A stretch of 64,000 nucleotides of DNA from Flavobacteriales bacterium (lineage in GTDB: Bacteria; Bacteroidota; Bacteroidia; Flavobacteriales_F; PHOS-HE28), in NCBI GenBank assembly GCA_018057455.1, contig JAGPDT010000006.1, positions 2,272 to 66,271 of the forward strand. Direction: 5' to 3'. Shown here piece after piece: positions 34,464 to 43,485 of this stretch. Position numbers and translations under genes: made by a program. Every line of letters begins with the position of its first letter. Positions within the stretch are counted from its first letter, which is position 1. Under the pieces are notes generated by a model. That model was given only the letters and a program-made list of their open reading frames with translations, ran no database searches and had not been told where the DNA came from.

Positions 34464-35227
34464 CGCACCACCACCAGGCGCTTGGTGGCCATGGCTTTTC
34501 CGTTGCGCTCCAATACGGCGAACCACACACCGCTGGCCAGCTCGTCCTCGCCGATCACCACCTGGCCTTGCGAAGCGCCCAAACGCTTCACCAGCTTGCG
34601 CTCGCCCAAGAGGTTGTACACGGCCAGCCGGTCGCCGGTGGCAGCGGTGGCCAGATCATAGCTCACGGTAATGGCGCTGCCCGTGGCCGGGTTGGGCCAG
34701 GTACTGAAGGTGCGCACGGCGGTGACCTCTTCGATGCCCACAGGCTCGGTGACGTTGAACACGAAGTCCACCCAGGTGCTGTCGTTCTCCGCGGCCAAGT
34801 CATACCACACATAGCGGAAGGTGGAAACCCCGGTATATTGTTTAGGCTTGTAGTAGGCATGGAAGCCATTGGCCGTTGCGCCCGCAGCCATAGGGATGGG
34901 GTCCGCGCCGATCCAAACCGGCGATGCACCGGCATTGCGCTCACCGTAGCACAGGTCCCAACAGAAGTAGTTGGTCGTACCGTGCAGCACGTCCAATTCG
35001 TAGCGCTTTACATTGATCGTGCGTGCCGTGCCGCTGGTGTTCTCCGCATTCAAGCCCATGCCGAGCAACTGGTCCATGTCGGTCACCTCGGCAGTGATCT
35101 GGATCGTGGTCCCGTTCACCACTTGAGCTTCCGTGTTGGTCAAGGTCACCACCGGCGTTTGGGCCACCACGTTGGTTGCTGCCATCAGGCCGGCCGCGAT
35201 GCTGAAGAGGGTCGTGTACTTTGCCAT
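34460..35227 (-). CDS. secreted protein with T9SS type-A C-terminal sorting domain (function unknown)
   Basis: Signal peptide MAKYTTLFSIAAGLMAATNVVAQ, and a C-terminal STWPNPATGSAITVSYDL...GVWFAVLERNGKAMATKRLVVVR. The central region contains a FCWDLCY Cys pair. Confidence 0.7.
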   Translation of the reverse strand: MAKYTTLFSIAAGLMAATNVVAQTPVVTLTNTEAQVVNGTTIQITAEVTDMDQLLGMGLNAENTSGTARTINVKRYELDVLHGTTNYFCWDLCYGERNAGASPVWIGADPIPMAAGATANGFHAYYKPKQYTGVSTFRYVWYDLAAENDSTWVDFVFNVTEPVGIEEVTAVRTFSTWPNPATGSAITVSYDLATAATGDRLAVYNLLGERKLVKRLGASQGQVVIGEDELASGVWFAVLERNGKAMATKRLVVVR

Positions 35228-35342
35228 GCTGCAAACTGGTTGATTGTTCCTTGACCACAAAGATAGCGGCCATTGGTTGCTGCCGCTCTGGTGGCGCGGT
35301 GCCGCCCGGCAGGAAGGAATCCAAGGAACTCAACGGTTTCGG

Positions 35343-35372
35343 TTGCGCCCTTGCCCTGGAACGCTACTTTTG
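35343..35372 (+). promoter_or_regulatory. candidate Bacteroidota sigma-A promoter (TTG-N19-TACTTTTG)
   Basis: TTG at 35343-35345 and a perfect TAnnTTTG (tacttttg) at 35365-35372, 51 nt upstream of the ATG at 35423. Confidence 0.5.
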
Positions 35373-35422
35373 GAATTGCGGACCATTCCGCTGCATGACG
35401 GAACCAACCAAAACCTCCTCCC

Positions 35423-36862
35423 ATGAAAAAGTCCTTACTCGTAGCTGCTTCCGTGGCCCTGCTCGGCGGCCCGGCACTCGCACAGTTGCCGGACAACACC
35501 ATCTGCCCGGATTGGACCGGAACAGACCTCAACGGCAACGTCCATAACCTGTACTCCCTGCTGGATTCTGGGTATACTGTCTTCATCGACGTCAGTGCAA
35601 CTTGGTGTGGGCCTTGCTGGAGCTACCACAACACCCATGCACTGAAGAACCTTTATGACACCTATGGGCCGGGTACTGCAGAGAATGCGGTGCGGGTTTT
35701 CTTCGTGGAAGGTGATGGCTCGACCACCTTGGCTGACCTCCAAGGCAACACCGGCCAGACCCAAGGGGACTGGATTGAAGGAACATCCTATCCCATCATT
35801 GACAACGCAAGCATCGCCAACCTGTTGGAAATCACCTACTTCCCCACCATCTACAAGGTGTGCCCCAACCGCGTGATCACCGAAGTGGGTCAGATGCCAA
35901 CCACCCAGTTGTGGAACTCCGTGGGCAGCTGCCAGGAGGCCATGGCCGGAACCGACGCAGGCCTGCTCCCCTCTTTGGGCAGCCTTACCGGCTGCGCCGG
36001 CAGTGATGTGGGCCTTACCGCCCGCCTGCAGAACTTGGGCACCCAGCCCCTGACCAGCGCCACTATCCAAGCCCGCATCGGCTCCAACGTGCTCGGTTCC
36101 ACCAACTGGACCGGCAGCCTGGACACCTACGAAGTGGAAGAAGTGACCGTAGCCAACTTCTCGCCCACGGGCACGTCCAACGTAACGTTGGAGATCACCA
36201 CCACCGACGGCAACGCCGCCAACAACACAACCAGCCAACTGGTAACGGCCGCCACCGCCATCTCCGGCATCAACGCCACCTTCAAGGTGAAATGCGACCA
36301 ATACGGCTCCGAGACAAGCTGGAAACTGTTCAACAGCGACAACGCCGTGGTCCATCAAGGTGGCCCGTACTCCAATTCGACCAACCAGACCGAGAATGTG
36401 TACACCTGGACCTTGGACGACTTGGAGTGCTACCGCTTGGAGGTGTACGATGTGTATGGCGACGGCATGTGCTGCAACTACGGCCAGGGCTATTTCAAGT
36501 TGGAATGGAACGGCTTCACCGTGCTGCAAGGCGGTCAATTCGGAGCTTCCACCACGAAGAATTTCTCCACCAACGATGCCGTGGCCAGCGTGGCAGGCAA
36601 CGAGCTGGAGCGCACACTGAACGTGTACCCCAACCCCACCAGCGGCCTGGTGAACTTGGAGTACAACTTGGAACAAGGCACCGCCATGAAGGTGCTGGTG
36701 ACCGACGTACTGGGCAAAGTGGTCATGGAACAAACGCTCCATGTGGCCACCGGCCTGCAGCGTGAATCCATCGACCTGGGCAACCTGGGCAATGGCATGT
36801 ACCTGCTGAAGCTCGACGCCGGCAAGTACCAGGCCACGCGCACCGTAACCGTCAACAAGTAA
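35423..36862 (+). CDS. T9SS-secreted thioredoxin-fold protein (WCGPC active site) with CARDB-like and Cys-rich middle domains
   Basis: Signal peptide, then FIDVSATWCGPCWSYH (a classic thioredoxin CxxC). A CARDB-like segment follows (LQNLGTQPLTSATIQARIG...NWTGSLDTYE), then a Cys-rich module (YDVYGDGMCCNYGQGYF). The C-terminal Por tail reads LNVYPNPTSGLVNLEY...GMYLLKLDAGKYQATRTVTVNK. Confidence 0.75.
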   Translation: MKKSLLVAASVALLGGPALAQLPDNTICPDWTGTDLNGNVHNLYSLLDSGYTVFIDVSATWCGPCWSYHNTHALKNLYDTYGPGTAENAVRVFFVEGDGSTTLADLQGNTGQTQGDWIEGTSYPIIDNASIANLLEITYFPTIYKVCPNRVITEVGQMPTTQLWNSVGSCQEAMAGTDAGLLPSLGSLTGCAGSDVGLTARLQNLGTQPLTSATIQARIGSNVLGSTNWTGSLDTYEVEEVTVANFSPTGTSNVTLEITTTDGNAANNTTSQLVTAATAISGINATFKVKCDQYGSETSWKLFNSDNAVVHQGGPYSNSTNQTENVYTWTLDDLECYRLEVYDVYGDGMCCNYGQGYFKLEWNGFTVLQGGQFGASTTKNFSTNDAVASVAGNELERTLNVYPNPTSGLVNLEYNLEQGTAMKVLVTDVLGKVVMEQTLHVATGLQRESIDLGNLGNGMYLLKLDAGKYQATRTVTVNK

Positions 36863-36878
36863 GATCCACCGCATTGAG

Positions 36879-36919
36879 AAAGGCCGACGGACCCGCTTGG
36901 GCCGTCGGCCTTTTCTTTG
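36879..36919 (+). terminator. rho-independent terminator
   Basis: A 10-bp perfect GC-rich stem (aggccgacgg / ccgtcggcct, extendable by 2 A-T pairs), an 11-nt loop, then ttttctttgg. It starts 17 nt after the stop at 36862. Confidence 0.75.
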
Positions 36920-36982
36920 GCCCAAGGTTTGAACACCGGGCCTACGTTGCACCTCTCACGCAGACCAACCCTCAAGATCCAA

Positions 36983-37474
36983 ATGCAGAAGCTCTTCCTT
37001 TCGATTGCCCTTTCAATTCCCCTCCTGCTCAGCGCCCAAAGCGGCAAACTGCCCGCCGTCACCGTGCAGAACATCAACGGCCAGAAGGTCTCCACAGGCA
37101 CTTGGTCCAACGGTGGCAAACCCATGATCATCAACTTCTGGGCCACCTGGTGCGCACCGTGCAAGCGCGAGCTCAACGCCATCCACGACCTCTACCCCGA
37201 TTGGCAGAAAGAGACCGGCGTGAAGCTCATGGCCGTGAGCATCGATGACAGCCGCAGCATGAATCGCGTGAAGCCCTATGTGAACGGACAAGCCTGGGAC
37301 TATGAAGTGTTCCTGGACCCCAACGGCGACTTGAAACGGGCCTTGAACGTGAACAACATCCCCCACACCTTCCTCGTGGACGGCAAGGGCAACATCGTGT
37401 GGCAGCACAACAACTACGAGCCGGGCGATGAGCACCAACTTTACCAGCAGGTGAAGAAGCTGGTGGGCAAGTGA
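36983..37474 (+). CDS. TlpA/ResA-family periplasmic thiol:disulfide oxidoreductase
   Basis: Signal peptide MQKLFLSIALSIPLLLSAQ, IINFWATWCAPCKRELNAI and NIPHTFLVDGKGNIV. The ATG at 36983 is preferred over the track's 36917. Confidence 0.8.
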   Translation: MQKLFLSIALSIPLLLSAQSGKLPAVTVQNINGQKVSTGTWSNGGKPMIINFWATWCAPCKRELNAIHDLYPDWQKETGVKLMAVSIDDSRSMNRVKPYVNGQAWDYEVFLDPNGDLKRALNVNNIPHTFLVDGKGNIVWQHNNYEPGDEHQLYQQVKKLVGK

Positions 37475-37502
37475 ACGCCCGGTCGTTCCTATCCACAGCG
37501 GA

Positions 37503-37536
37503 AGCCAGGGCCTTTGCGGCCTTGGCTTTCCTGCTT
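37503..37536 (+). terminator. candidate intrinsic terminator after the tlpA-like gene
   Basis: A 10-bp stem (agccagggcc / ggccttggct, with one G-U pair), a 5-nt loop, and a T-rich tail ttcctgctt. It starts 29 nt after the stop. Confidence 0.5.
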
Positions 37537-37741
37537 CCTGGACTCCCGCAGTGGTTTTCCAAAGGAGGCCCTGTGGCCCAACGCATGGATCATCCCGCCC
37601 TTGGCTCTTGCTTGTGCCGGAACATGGACCTACGCCATCCATTGCCCATAGGGATCCCATCCAACGGGCAAAGTAGATGCCCCTTCACACCGCACTTCCA
37701 CGGTGATCGCTACTTTCACGCGGCCACCACGGCCTATCCTT

Positions 37742-39433
37742 ATGAACGAAACAAAACTTGGCTTATCCCGCCGCCTCTTCGCCGCCGCCACGGCATTGGC
37801 CTTTGCCCAATTCCTGCTCGCCCAAGAGGGTGGCCAGGTCCATGGCAACTTCAATATGGACGGGCAACTGTACAATGATGACGAGGACATCGGCGCGGTA
37901 AAACCACCGGCCGACTTCGGCCTCAATGCGTGGACCAACCTCAACTACCGGAACGGGGCCGGTAATTTCGACGCGGGCATCCGCCTGGAAAGCTATGAAC
38001 CGGCCTTGCTGGGCTACCCGGCAGGCCAGGCCTACAAAGGATCAGGCCTCGGCTACCGCTACGCCACCTTCCGCGCCGACGGGTTGGAGATCACCGCTGG
38101 CAACTTCTACGAGCAGTTCGGCCAGGGCCTGGCCTTCCGCAGCTATGAAGAACGCTCCCTGGGCGTGGACAATGCCATGGACGGCGTACGCGTGAAGTTC
38201 ACCCCCGATACCGGCATCTACCTCAAGGGCATCATCGGCACGCAACGCCTGGCCTTCGACCGGGGCACCGTACAAGGCACCGGGGTCGTGCGCGGCATCG
38301 ATGGCGAGATCTCGTTGGCCGAGGCATTCCCCCATGCCTTTCCGGGCATGGCCGCCAAGGGCAACAACCTCTCCTTGGGCGGCTCCTTTGTCAGCAAATT
38401 CCAACCCGACCAGGACCCCTTGCTGGAGTTGCCGGAAAATGTGGGCCTATGGGCCGCCCGCGCCCATTACACCACCGCCAAATGGGACCTGTACAGTGAG
38501 TATGCCTACAAGATCAACGACCCCAACGGCAGCAACGCCAACATCTACAAACCCGGCCAAGCCCTGATGGCCAATGCCAGTTACAGCGTAAAAGGCCTGG
38601 GCATCAGGGCCGGGGCACATACCTACGACAACATGATGTTCCAAAGCGACCGGGGTGCCCCCACCTTGTTCGACCTCAACATCAACTATTTGCCCGCCTT
38701 GGCCAAGCAACACACCTACAACCTGCCGGCCACGCTGTATCCCTACGCCACCCAGCCCAATGGCGAGGTGGCCTACCAAGGCGAAGTGTTCTACAAGTTC
38801 AAGCGCGGAAGCAAACTGGGCGGCAAGTACGGCACCAAGCTCACCGTGAACTGGAGTGGTGCCTGGAGCCTGGACAGCACCGCACTGCCCAACGACACCG
38901 TGCATCTGCTCGGCTATGAGACCAGCTTCTTCTCCATGGGCCAGCGCCAGTACTTCAGCGATTTCAACGTGGAGCTGCGTAAAAAGCTCAGTGCCAACTG
39001 GGAACTGGCCCTCACCTACCTGAACCTGGTCTACGACATTGAAACCGTGCAGGGCAAGGCCGGCAAGCCAGTGGTCTACGCGGACATGTTCATCCTAGAA
39101 GGGCTCCATAGTTTCAATGACCGGAATTCGGTGCGCTTCGAGCTGCAACAGCTCAGCACCAAACAGGACCATGGCGACTGGGCCACGGCACTCGCTGAAT
39201 TCACCTTCAGCCCCCATTGGTTCCTGGCCATCATGGACCAGTACAACTACGGCGCCGACCTGGAAGCGGACCGCATCCACTACCCCATCGGCAGCGTGGG
39301 CTACATCCGGGGCGGTTCCCGCTTCACCTTCAGCTACGGACGGCAGCGCGCAGGCATCTTCTGCGTGGGCGGCGTGTGCCGCGTAGTGCCCGCCGCCAAC
39401 GGCCTTTCAGCATCGATCACCACAACATTCTAA
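37742..39433 (+). CDS. putative outer-membrane beta-barrel protein (resembles the Bacteroidota DUF6029 family)
   Basis: Signal peptide (LFAAATALAFAQFLLAQ), then GNFNMDGQLYNDDEDIG and about 540 aa of alternating Gly/Tyr/Asn-rich strands ending in ...ASITTTF. The family name is from memory and is not verified. Confidence 0.5.
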   Translation: MNETKLGLSRRLFAAATALAFAQFLLAQEGGQVHGNFNMDGQLYNDDEDIGAVKPPADFGLNAWTNLNYRNGAGNFDAGIRLESYEPALLGYPAGQAYKGSGLGYRYATFRADGLEITAGNFYEQFGQGLAFRSYEERSLGVDNAMDGVRVKFTPDTGIYLKGIIGTQRLAFDRGTVQGTGVVRGIDGEISLAEAFPHAFPGMAAKGNNLSLGGSFVSKFQPDQDPLLELPENVGLWAARAHYTTAKWDLYSEYAYKINDPNGSNANIYKPGQALMANASYSVKGLGIRAGAHTYDNMMFQSDRGAPTLFDLNINYLPALAKQHTYNLPATLYPYATQPNGEVAYQGEVFYKFKRGSKLGGKYGTKLTVNWSGAWSLDSTALPNDTVHLLGYETSFFSMGQRQYFSDFNVELRKKLSANWELALTYLNLVYDIETVQGKAGKPVVYADMFILEGLHSFNDRNSVRFELQQLSTKQDHGDWATALAEFTFSPHWFLAIMDQYNYGADLEADRIHYPIGSVGYIRGGSRFTFSYGRQRAGIFCVGGVCRVVPAANGLSASITTTF

Positions 39434-39447
39434 GCGCCCTTACCAGG

Positions 39448-40332
39448 ATGAACACCATGCGCTACCTCCTGCTTTCCCTGCTTGTCATCACTTCGCTCAG
39501 CAGTTGTGATATCGTCAATGCACCCAAGGGGGACATGGCCTCACCGACTCCACCCGGAGGAAGTACCGTTACCCGAAATGTGCTCTTGGAAGATTGCACC
39601 GGCTTCCGTTGCAACAACTGCCCCGATGCAGCCATCAGGGCCATGCAGCTCAAAGCCATCTACGGCGACCGTCTGGTAGTGGTGGGCGTGCACATGCTGG
39701 ACGAATTCGCCAAACCCGTGGAACCCTTGGACGACGGCTTCTATGATACAGACTTCCGCACACCGGCAGGTAATACATACCAGAGCCAAGGGGGTTTCGA
39801 TATCACAGCCCTGCCCATTGGGCTGGTGAACCGCAAGCCGTACAACGGCAGCATCCGTGTAAGCCGCTACAGCTGGAGCACCGCCGTGGCCGGCATGATT
39901 GACCAGCAGGCAGCCTTGGACCTGCGGATCGATACGTTGATATTCGACAGTGTTGCAGGTACCGTTTCGGGCGGTGTAAGCGCCGTGTTGCTGCAACCCT
40001 TGGCCACACCACACAACCTGACACTGTACCTTACCGAAGACCATGTGATCGACTGGCAGTTGAACAACCAGGCGAACCCACATGACGTACCCAATTACGA
40101 CCACCGGCATGTACTCAGGGGCGCTCTGAACGGAACGTGGGGAGAGGGTTTCTTGGATGCCAGCACGCAGGTGGGCGATACGGTGCACCTCACCTTCAGC
40201 CATCCCCTTCCACCGGCTCCGGCCACCGTGCTTGAACCCAACAATTGTGCTTTGGTGGCTTATGTGTACAGCACCAGTGGCTCGGACAAGTACGAGGTGA
40301 AGCAGGTTGTGGAACGCGAATTCCAGCCATGA
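39448..40332 (+). CDS. lipoprotein with thioredoxin-like CxxC region (Omp28-related family candidate)
   Basis: Lipobox LLVITSLSSC, then VLLEDCTGFRCNNCPDAA (CxxC in a thioredoxin-like context). It starts 14 nt after the preceding barrel gene. Confidence 0.5.
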   Translation: MNTMRYLLLSLLVITSLSSCDIVNAPKGDMASPTPPGGSTVTRNVLLEDCTGFRCNNCPDAAIRAMQLKAIYGDRLVVVGVHMLDEFAKPVEPLDDGFYDTDFRTPAGNTYQSQGGFDITALPIGLVNRKPYNGSIRVSRYSWSTAVAGMIDQQAALDLRIDTLIFDSVAGTVSGGVSAVLLQPLATPHNLTLYLTEDHVIDWQLNNQANPHDVPNYDHRHVLRGALNGTWGEGFLDASTQVGDTVHLTFSHPLPPAPATVLEPNNCALVAYVYSTSGSDKYEVKQVVEREFQP

Positions 40333-40515
40333 AAGAGCCGATCCACCGCACCCACATACCGATCCACAAGACCTGGCGTTCTCATGGTTTGGCCTGGTCG
40401 GGCTCCTTCAAGAATAGTTTGTGAACAGCGCCTGCGGTCAGTTGATTTCCGCCAGTCAAGGGCTTACCTTCATCCCTCGTTGAACGCCTGCAAGCGCAAA
40501 CACCCAGGAATCATC

Positions 40516-40731
40516 ATGAAGGAGAACGGAAAGAAGATGCTGGAGCTCAGCCAGCAGGTGCTCCAGAAAGTGAGCTTCGACCCCCGGTTGTTCCGGAAGG
40601 AATTGGTGAAGGCCGCCCGTTGGGTGCGCGGCAAGGACCAACTGCTGCTGAAAGCCTGGTGCCTGGCCACCTTCGGGCATGTGTACAAGGAGGTGATCAT
40701 GGAGGTGTTCCAGCATTCCATGCACGCCTGA
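40516..40731 (+). CDS. small hypothetical protein (71 aa)
   Basis: MKENGKKMLELSQQVLQKVSFDPRLFRKELVKAARWV..., with predicted helical character and no recognisable motif. The longer 40384 start is not supported. Confidence 0.35.
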   Translation: MKENGKKMLELSQQVLQKVSFDPRLFRKELVKAARWVRGKDQLLLKAWCLATFGHVYKEVIMEVFQHSMHA

Positions 40732-40752
40732 GCACGGCTTGCGGCTAACAGT

Positions 40753-41694
40753 TCATGGCCACAAGGTGCGAGGCCATTTCCGCAGGTACCGCAAATTCCG
40801 CATCAATCCGGCGTACTTCGTGCGCTTCACCGGGCTGCCGTAGAAGAGTTCCTCGTATCGTGCTTCACCGAGGTTGTGCCACGCATCGGCGGTCAGCTCC
40901 ATCAGTTCAGGCTTGGGGTTGAAGTCCGGCTCCTGGTGCGGTGTGCTGAAGCGGTTCCAGGGACAGACTTGCTGGCAGATGTCGCAGCCGAAGGCCCAAT
41001 TCTTGAAGTCGCCCGCATCGGCCGGGATCTCGTTCCGCAGCTCGATGGTGAAGTAGCTGATGCACTTGCTGGCATTGATGCCGTACAGGTCAATGGCATC
41101 CGTGGGGCAGGCCTCGATGCAGCGCCGGCAGGTTCCGCAGTGATCGGTGGCCGGTGCATCCGGGGCCAGCTCCAGGTCCAGGATGATCTCCGCCAGAAAG
41201 AAGAACGATCCCTGCCCCTTGCGGATGATGAGGCTGTGCTTTCCGCGCCATCCGATGCCGGACCGCTCGGCCCATGCCTTTTCCAGCACCGGCGCACTGT
41301 CCGTGAAGCAGCGCATGGCCACCTCGCCGAACGCTCCGGTGATGAAGGCCATCAAAGGCTTCATGCGTTGCTTGATCACCTTGTGGTAATCGCGGCCGTA
41401 GGCGTAGGTGCTCAGCTTGGGCGCTTCAGGATCGGTCTGCTTGCCCGGCGTGTAATAGTTGTAGGCCAAGCTGATCACGCTCTTCGCGCCGGGCACCAAT
41501 TGGCGCGGGTCCGTGCGCAGATCGAAATGGTTGGTCATGTAGCCCATCTCGCCATGCTTTCCGTGGCGCAGCCATTGCTCCAAACGGCTGGCTTCCTCCT
41601 CCAGGAATACCGCCTCGGAAATGCCGCACGCCAAAAAGCCCAATTCGAGTGCCTTGGCCTTGATGCGTTCGGAACGGTCCTTCAGATCGGTCAT
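40753..41694 (-). CDS. queG: tRNA epoxyqueuosine(34) reductase
   Basis: Contains CGTCRRCIEACPTDAI and CDICQQVCPWN (two 4Fe-4S motifs) and an N-terminal DUF1730-like region. Confidence 0.88.
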   Translation of the reverse strand: MTDLKDRSERIKAKALELGFLACGISEAVFLEEEASRLEQWLRHGKHGEMGYMTNHFDLRTDPRQLVPGAKSVISLAYNYYTPGKQTDPEAPKLSTYAYGRDYHKVIKQRMKPLMAFITGAFGEVAMRCFTDSAPVLEKAWAERSGIGWRGKHSLIIRKGQGSFFFLAEIILDLELAPDAPATDHCGTCRRCIEACPTDAIDLYGINASKCISYFTIELRNEIPADAGDFKNWAFGCDICQQVCPWNRFSTPHQEPDFNPKPELMELTADAWHNLGEARYEELFYGSPVKRTKYAGLMRNLRYLRKWPRTLWP

Positions 41695-41734
41695 TCAAGG
41701 ATGCAGGTTTATGCTGCCTCCTGCCCGGATACGC

Positions 41735-42760
41735 CTATTCAAACAGGCTCCCCGGCTTGGCTTCCGGAGCCTTGCCCAAGTGCTTGTAGGCCCGCTCGGT
41801 GGCCTGCCGGCCGCGCGGGGTGCGCATCAGGTAGCCTTCCATGATCAGGAACGGCTCATACACTTCCTCGATGGTGCCGCTCTCCTCGCCCACCGCCGTG
41901 GCCACGGTATTGAGGCCCACGGGACCGCCGCCGAACTTTTCGATGATGCACAGCAGGATGCGGTTGTCCATCTCGTCCAGGCCGTGGGCGTCCACGTTCA
42001 GGGCCTTCAAGGCGTGCTTGGCGATGGACATGCCGATGGTGCCGTCGCCCTGGATCTGGGCAAAGTCGCGCACGCGGCGCAGCAGCGCGTTGGCGATGCG
42101 CGGCGTGCCCCGGCTGCGGCGGGCGATCTCGTGGGCCGCTTCCTCGGCAATGGGCACTTGCAGCAGGCCGGCCGAGCGCTTGAGGATGCCGGTGAGCGTG
42201 TCGGCTTCGTAGTAGTCCAAGCGGCTGTTGATGCCGAAACGGGCGCGCAACGGGGCCGTGAGCAAACCGCTGCGCGTGGTGGCGCCCACCAGCGTGAATG
42301 GATTGAGGTTGATCTGCACCGTACGCGCATTGGGTCCCGCATCGATCACCAGGTCGATCCGGTAGTCCTCCATGGCGCTGTAGAGGTATTCCTCCACAAT
42401 GGGGCTCATGCGGTGGATCTCGTCGATGAAGAGCAGGTCGTTGGGCTCCAGGTTGGTGAGCAGGCCGGCCAGGTCGGCGGGCTTGTCCAGCACGGGCCCG
42501 CTGGTGATGCGCATGCCCACGCCCATTTCCTGGGCCACGATGCCCGCCAAGGTGGTCTTGCCCAGGCCTGGAGGGCCGTGGAGCAGCACATGGTCCAAGG
42601 CTTCGCCCCGCAGCTTGGCGGCCTGCACGAACACCTTCAGGTTGTCGGTAACCGCCCGCTGCCCGGCAAATTCCTCGAAACGCCGCGGGCGCAGCACTTG
42701 CTCCATCTCCTTGTCGGAGGCTGAGCGCTGTTCATGGCGTACGTCGAACGGTTCGGGCAT
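41735..42760 (-). CDS. ruvB: Holliday junction DNA helicase RuvB
   Basis: Contains [26 protein letters not shown] (Walker A), LFIDEIHRM (Walker B) and [17 protein letters not shown]. The ATG is at 42760; the track start at 42772 is a TTG. Confidence 0.93.
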   Translation of the reverse strand: MPEPFDVRHEQRSASDKEMEQVLRPRRFEEFAGQRAVTDNLKVFVQAAKLRGEALDHVLLHGPPGLGKTTLAGIVAQEMGVGMRITSGPVLDKPADLAGLLTNLEPNDLLFIDEIHRMSPIVEEYLYSAMEDYRIDLVIDAGPNARTVQINLNPFTLVGATTRSGLLTAPLRARFGINSRLDYYEADTLTGILKRSAGLLQVPIAEEAAHEIARRSRGTPRIANALLRRVRDFAQIQGDGTIGMSIAKHALKALNVDAHGLDEMDNRILLCIIEKFGGGPVGLNTVATAVGEESGTIEEVYEPFLIMEGYLMRTPRGRQATERAYKHLGKAPEAKPGSLFE

Positions 42761-42787
42761 GGGCGAGGTCAAAGGTAATCCGGCCTG

Positions 42788-43474
42788 TCATCGCCGGAGG
42801 TCGCGCCAGAGGTCACCCATGAACACCTTCAGCCCAAGCAGATAGACGGGGGCCGTGAGGGTCTCATCCAGTTCGGTGCGCACCAGCATCAGGCGGAAGC
42901 CCCAACCTGCATGGGCACCGAAGTACTTCAGAAAGCGGTACTGGATGGTCATGGCCGGTTCGTAGACCAGCAGAAAGGAGCGCACCAGGGTCCGCTGCCG
43001 CCCATCCACACCGGTGTAGGCCAGGGAGCCTTGGCCAACGCCCAGCTGCACCGGGATGCGCGCCTCCCAGGGGCCGCGCGCGTAGAAGGCGTATTCCACG
43101 TACGGCGCGAGGTAGCCCAGCCGCAGGCGTACCGGCACCCCTCCTTGCCCGTCCACGGTGCGCAGGCGCTGTACCTCGCTGGCCAACATGGACCAGCCCA
43201 AGCCGTACTGCAGCCGCCCGGCATGCTCCAGCCCCACCTTCACGCCCCATACACGTACGTTGCTGTTGCTGATGAAGGAACCCCGCGTGTCCAATTTGGC
43301 CACGAACCGGGGCGGGGCTTGGCTGAAGAAGGCCAAGCTGTCCAGCAACTGGGCGTGCAGGGGCACTGCACCGGCCACGCCGCCAACCAGGGCCCACCAC
43401 CGCACGACATGGAGCAGGGAAGCCCGCACTCCCGGTGCGGGCTTCCCTGTTGACCACCAGCGGCCCAGGCCCAT
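42788..43474 (-). CDS. hypothetical protein, possible small beta-barrel
   Basis: Alternating hydrophobic pattern and aromatic-rich strands (GLGWSMLASE, YLAPYVEYAFY, VYEPAMTIQYRF). It lies immediately downstream of ctaD. The start is uncertain (TTG at 43489, ATG at 43474). Confidence 0.4.
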   Translation of the reverse strand: MGLGRWWSTGKPAPGVRASLLHVVRWWALVGGVAGAVPLHAQLLDSLAFFSQAPPRFVAKLDTRGSFISNSNVRVWGVKVGLEHAGRLQYGLGWSMLASEVQRLRTVDGQGGVPVRLRLGYLAPYVEYAFYARGPWEARIPVQLGVGQGSLAYTGVDGRQRTLVRSFLLVYEPAMTIQYRFLKYFGAHAGWGFRLMLVRTELDETLTAPVYLLGLKVFMGDLWRDLRR

Positions 43475-43485
43475 GGGGCACCGGA

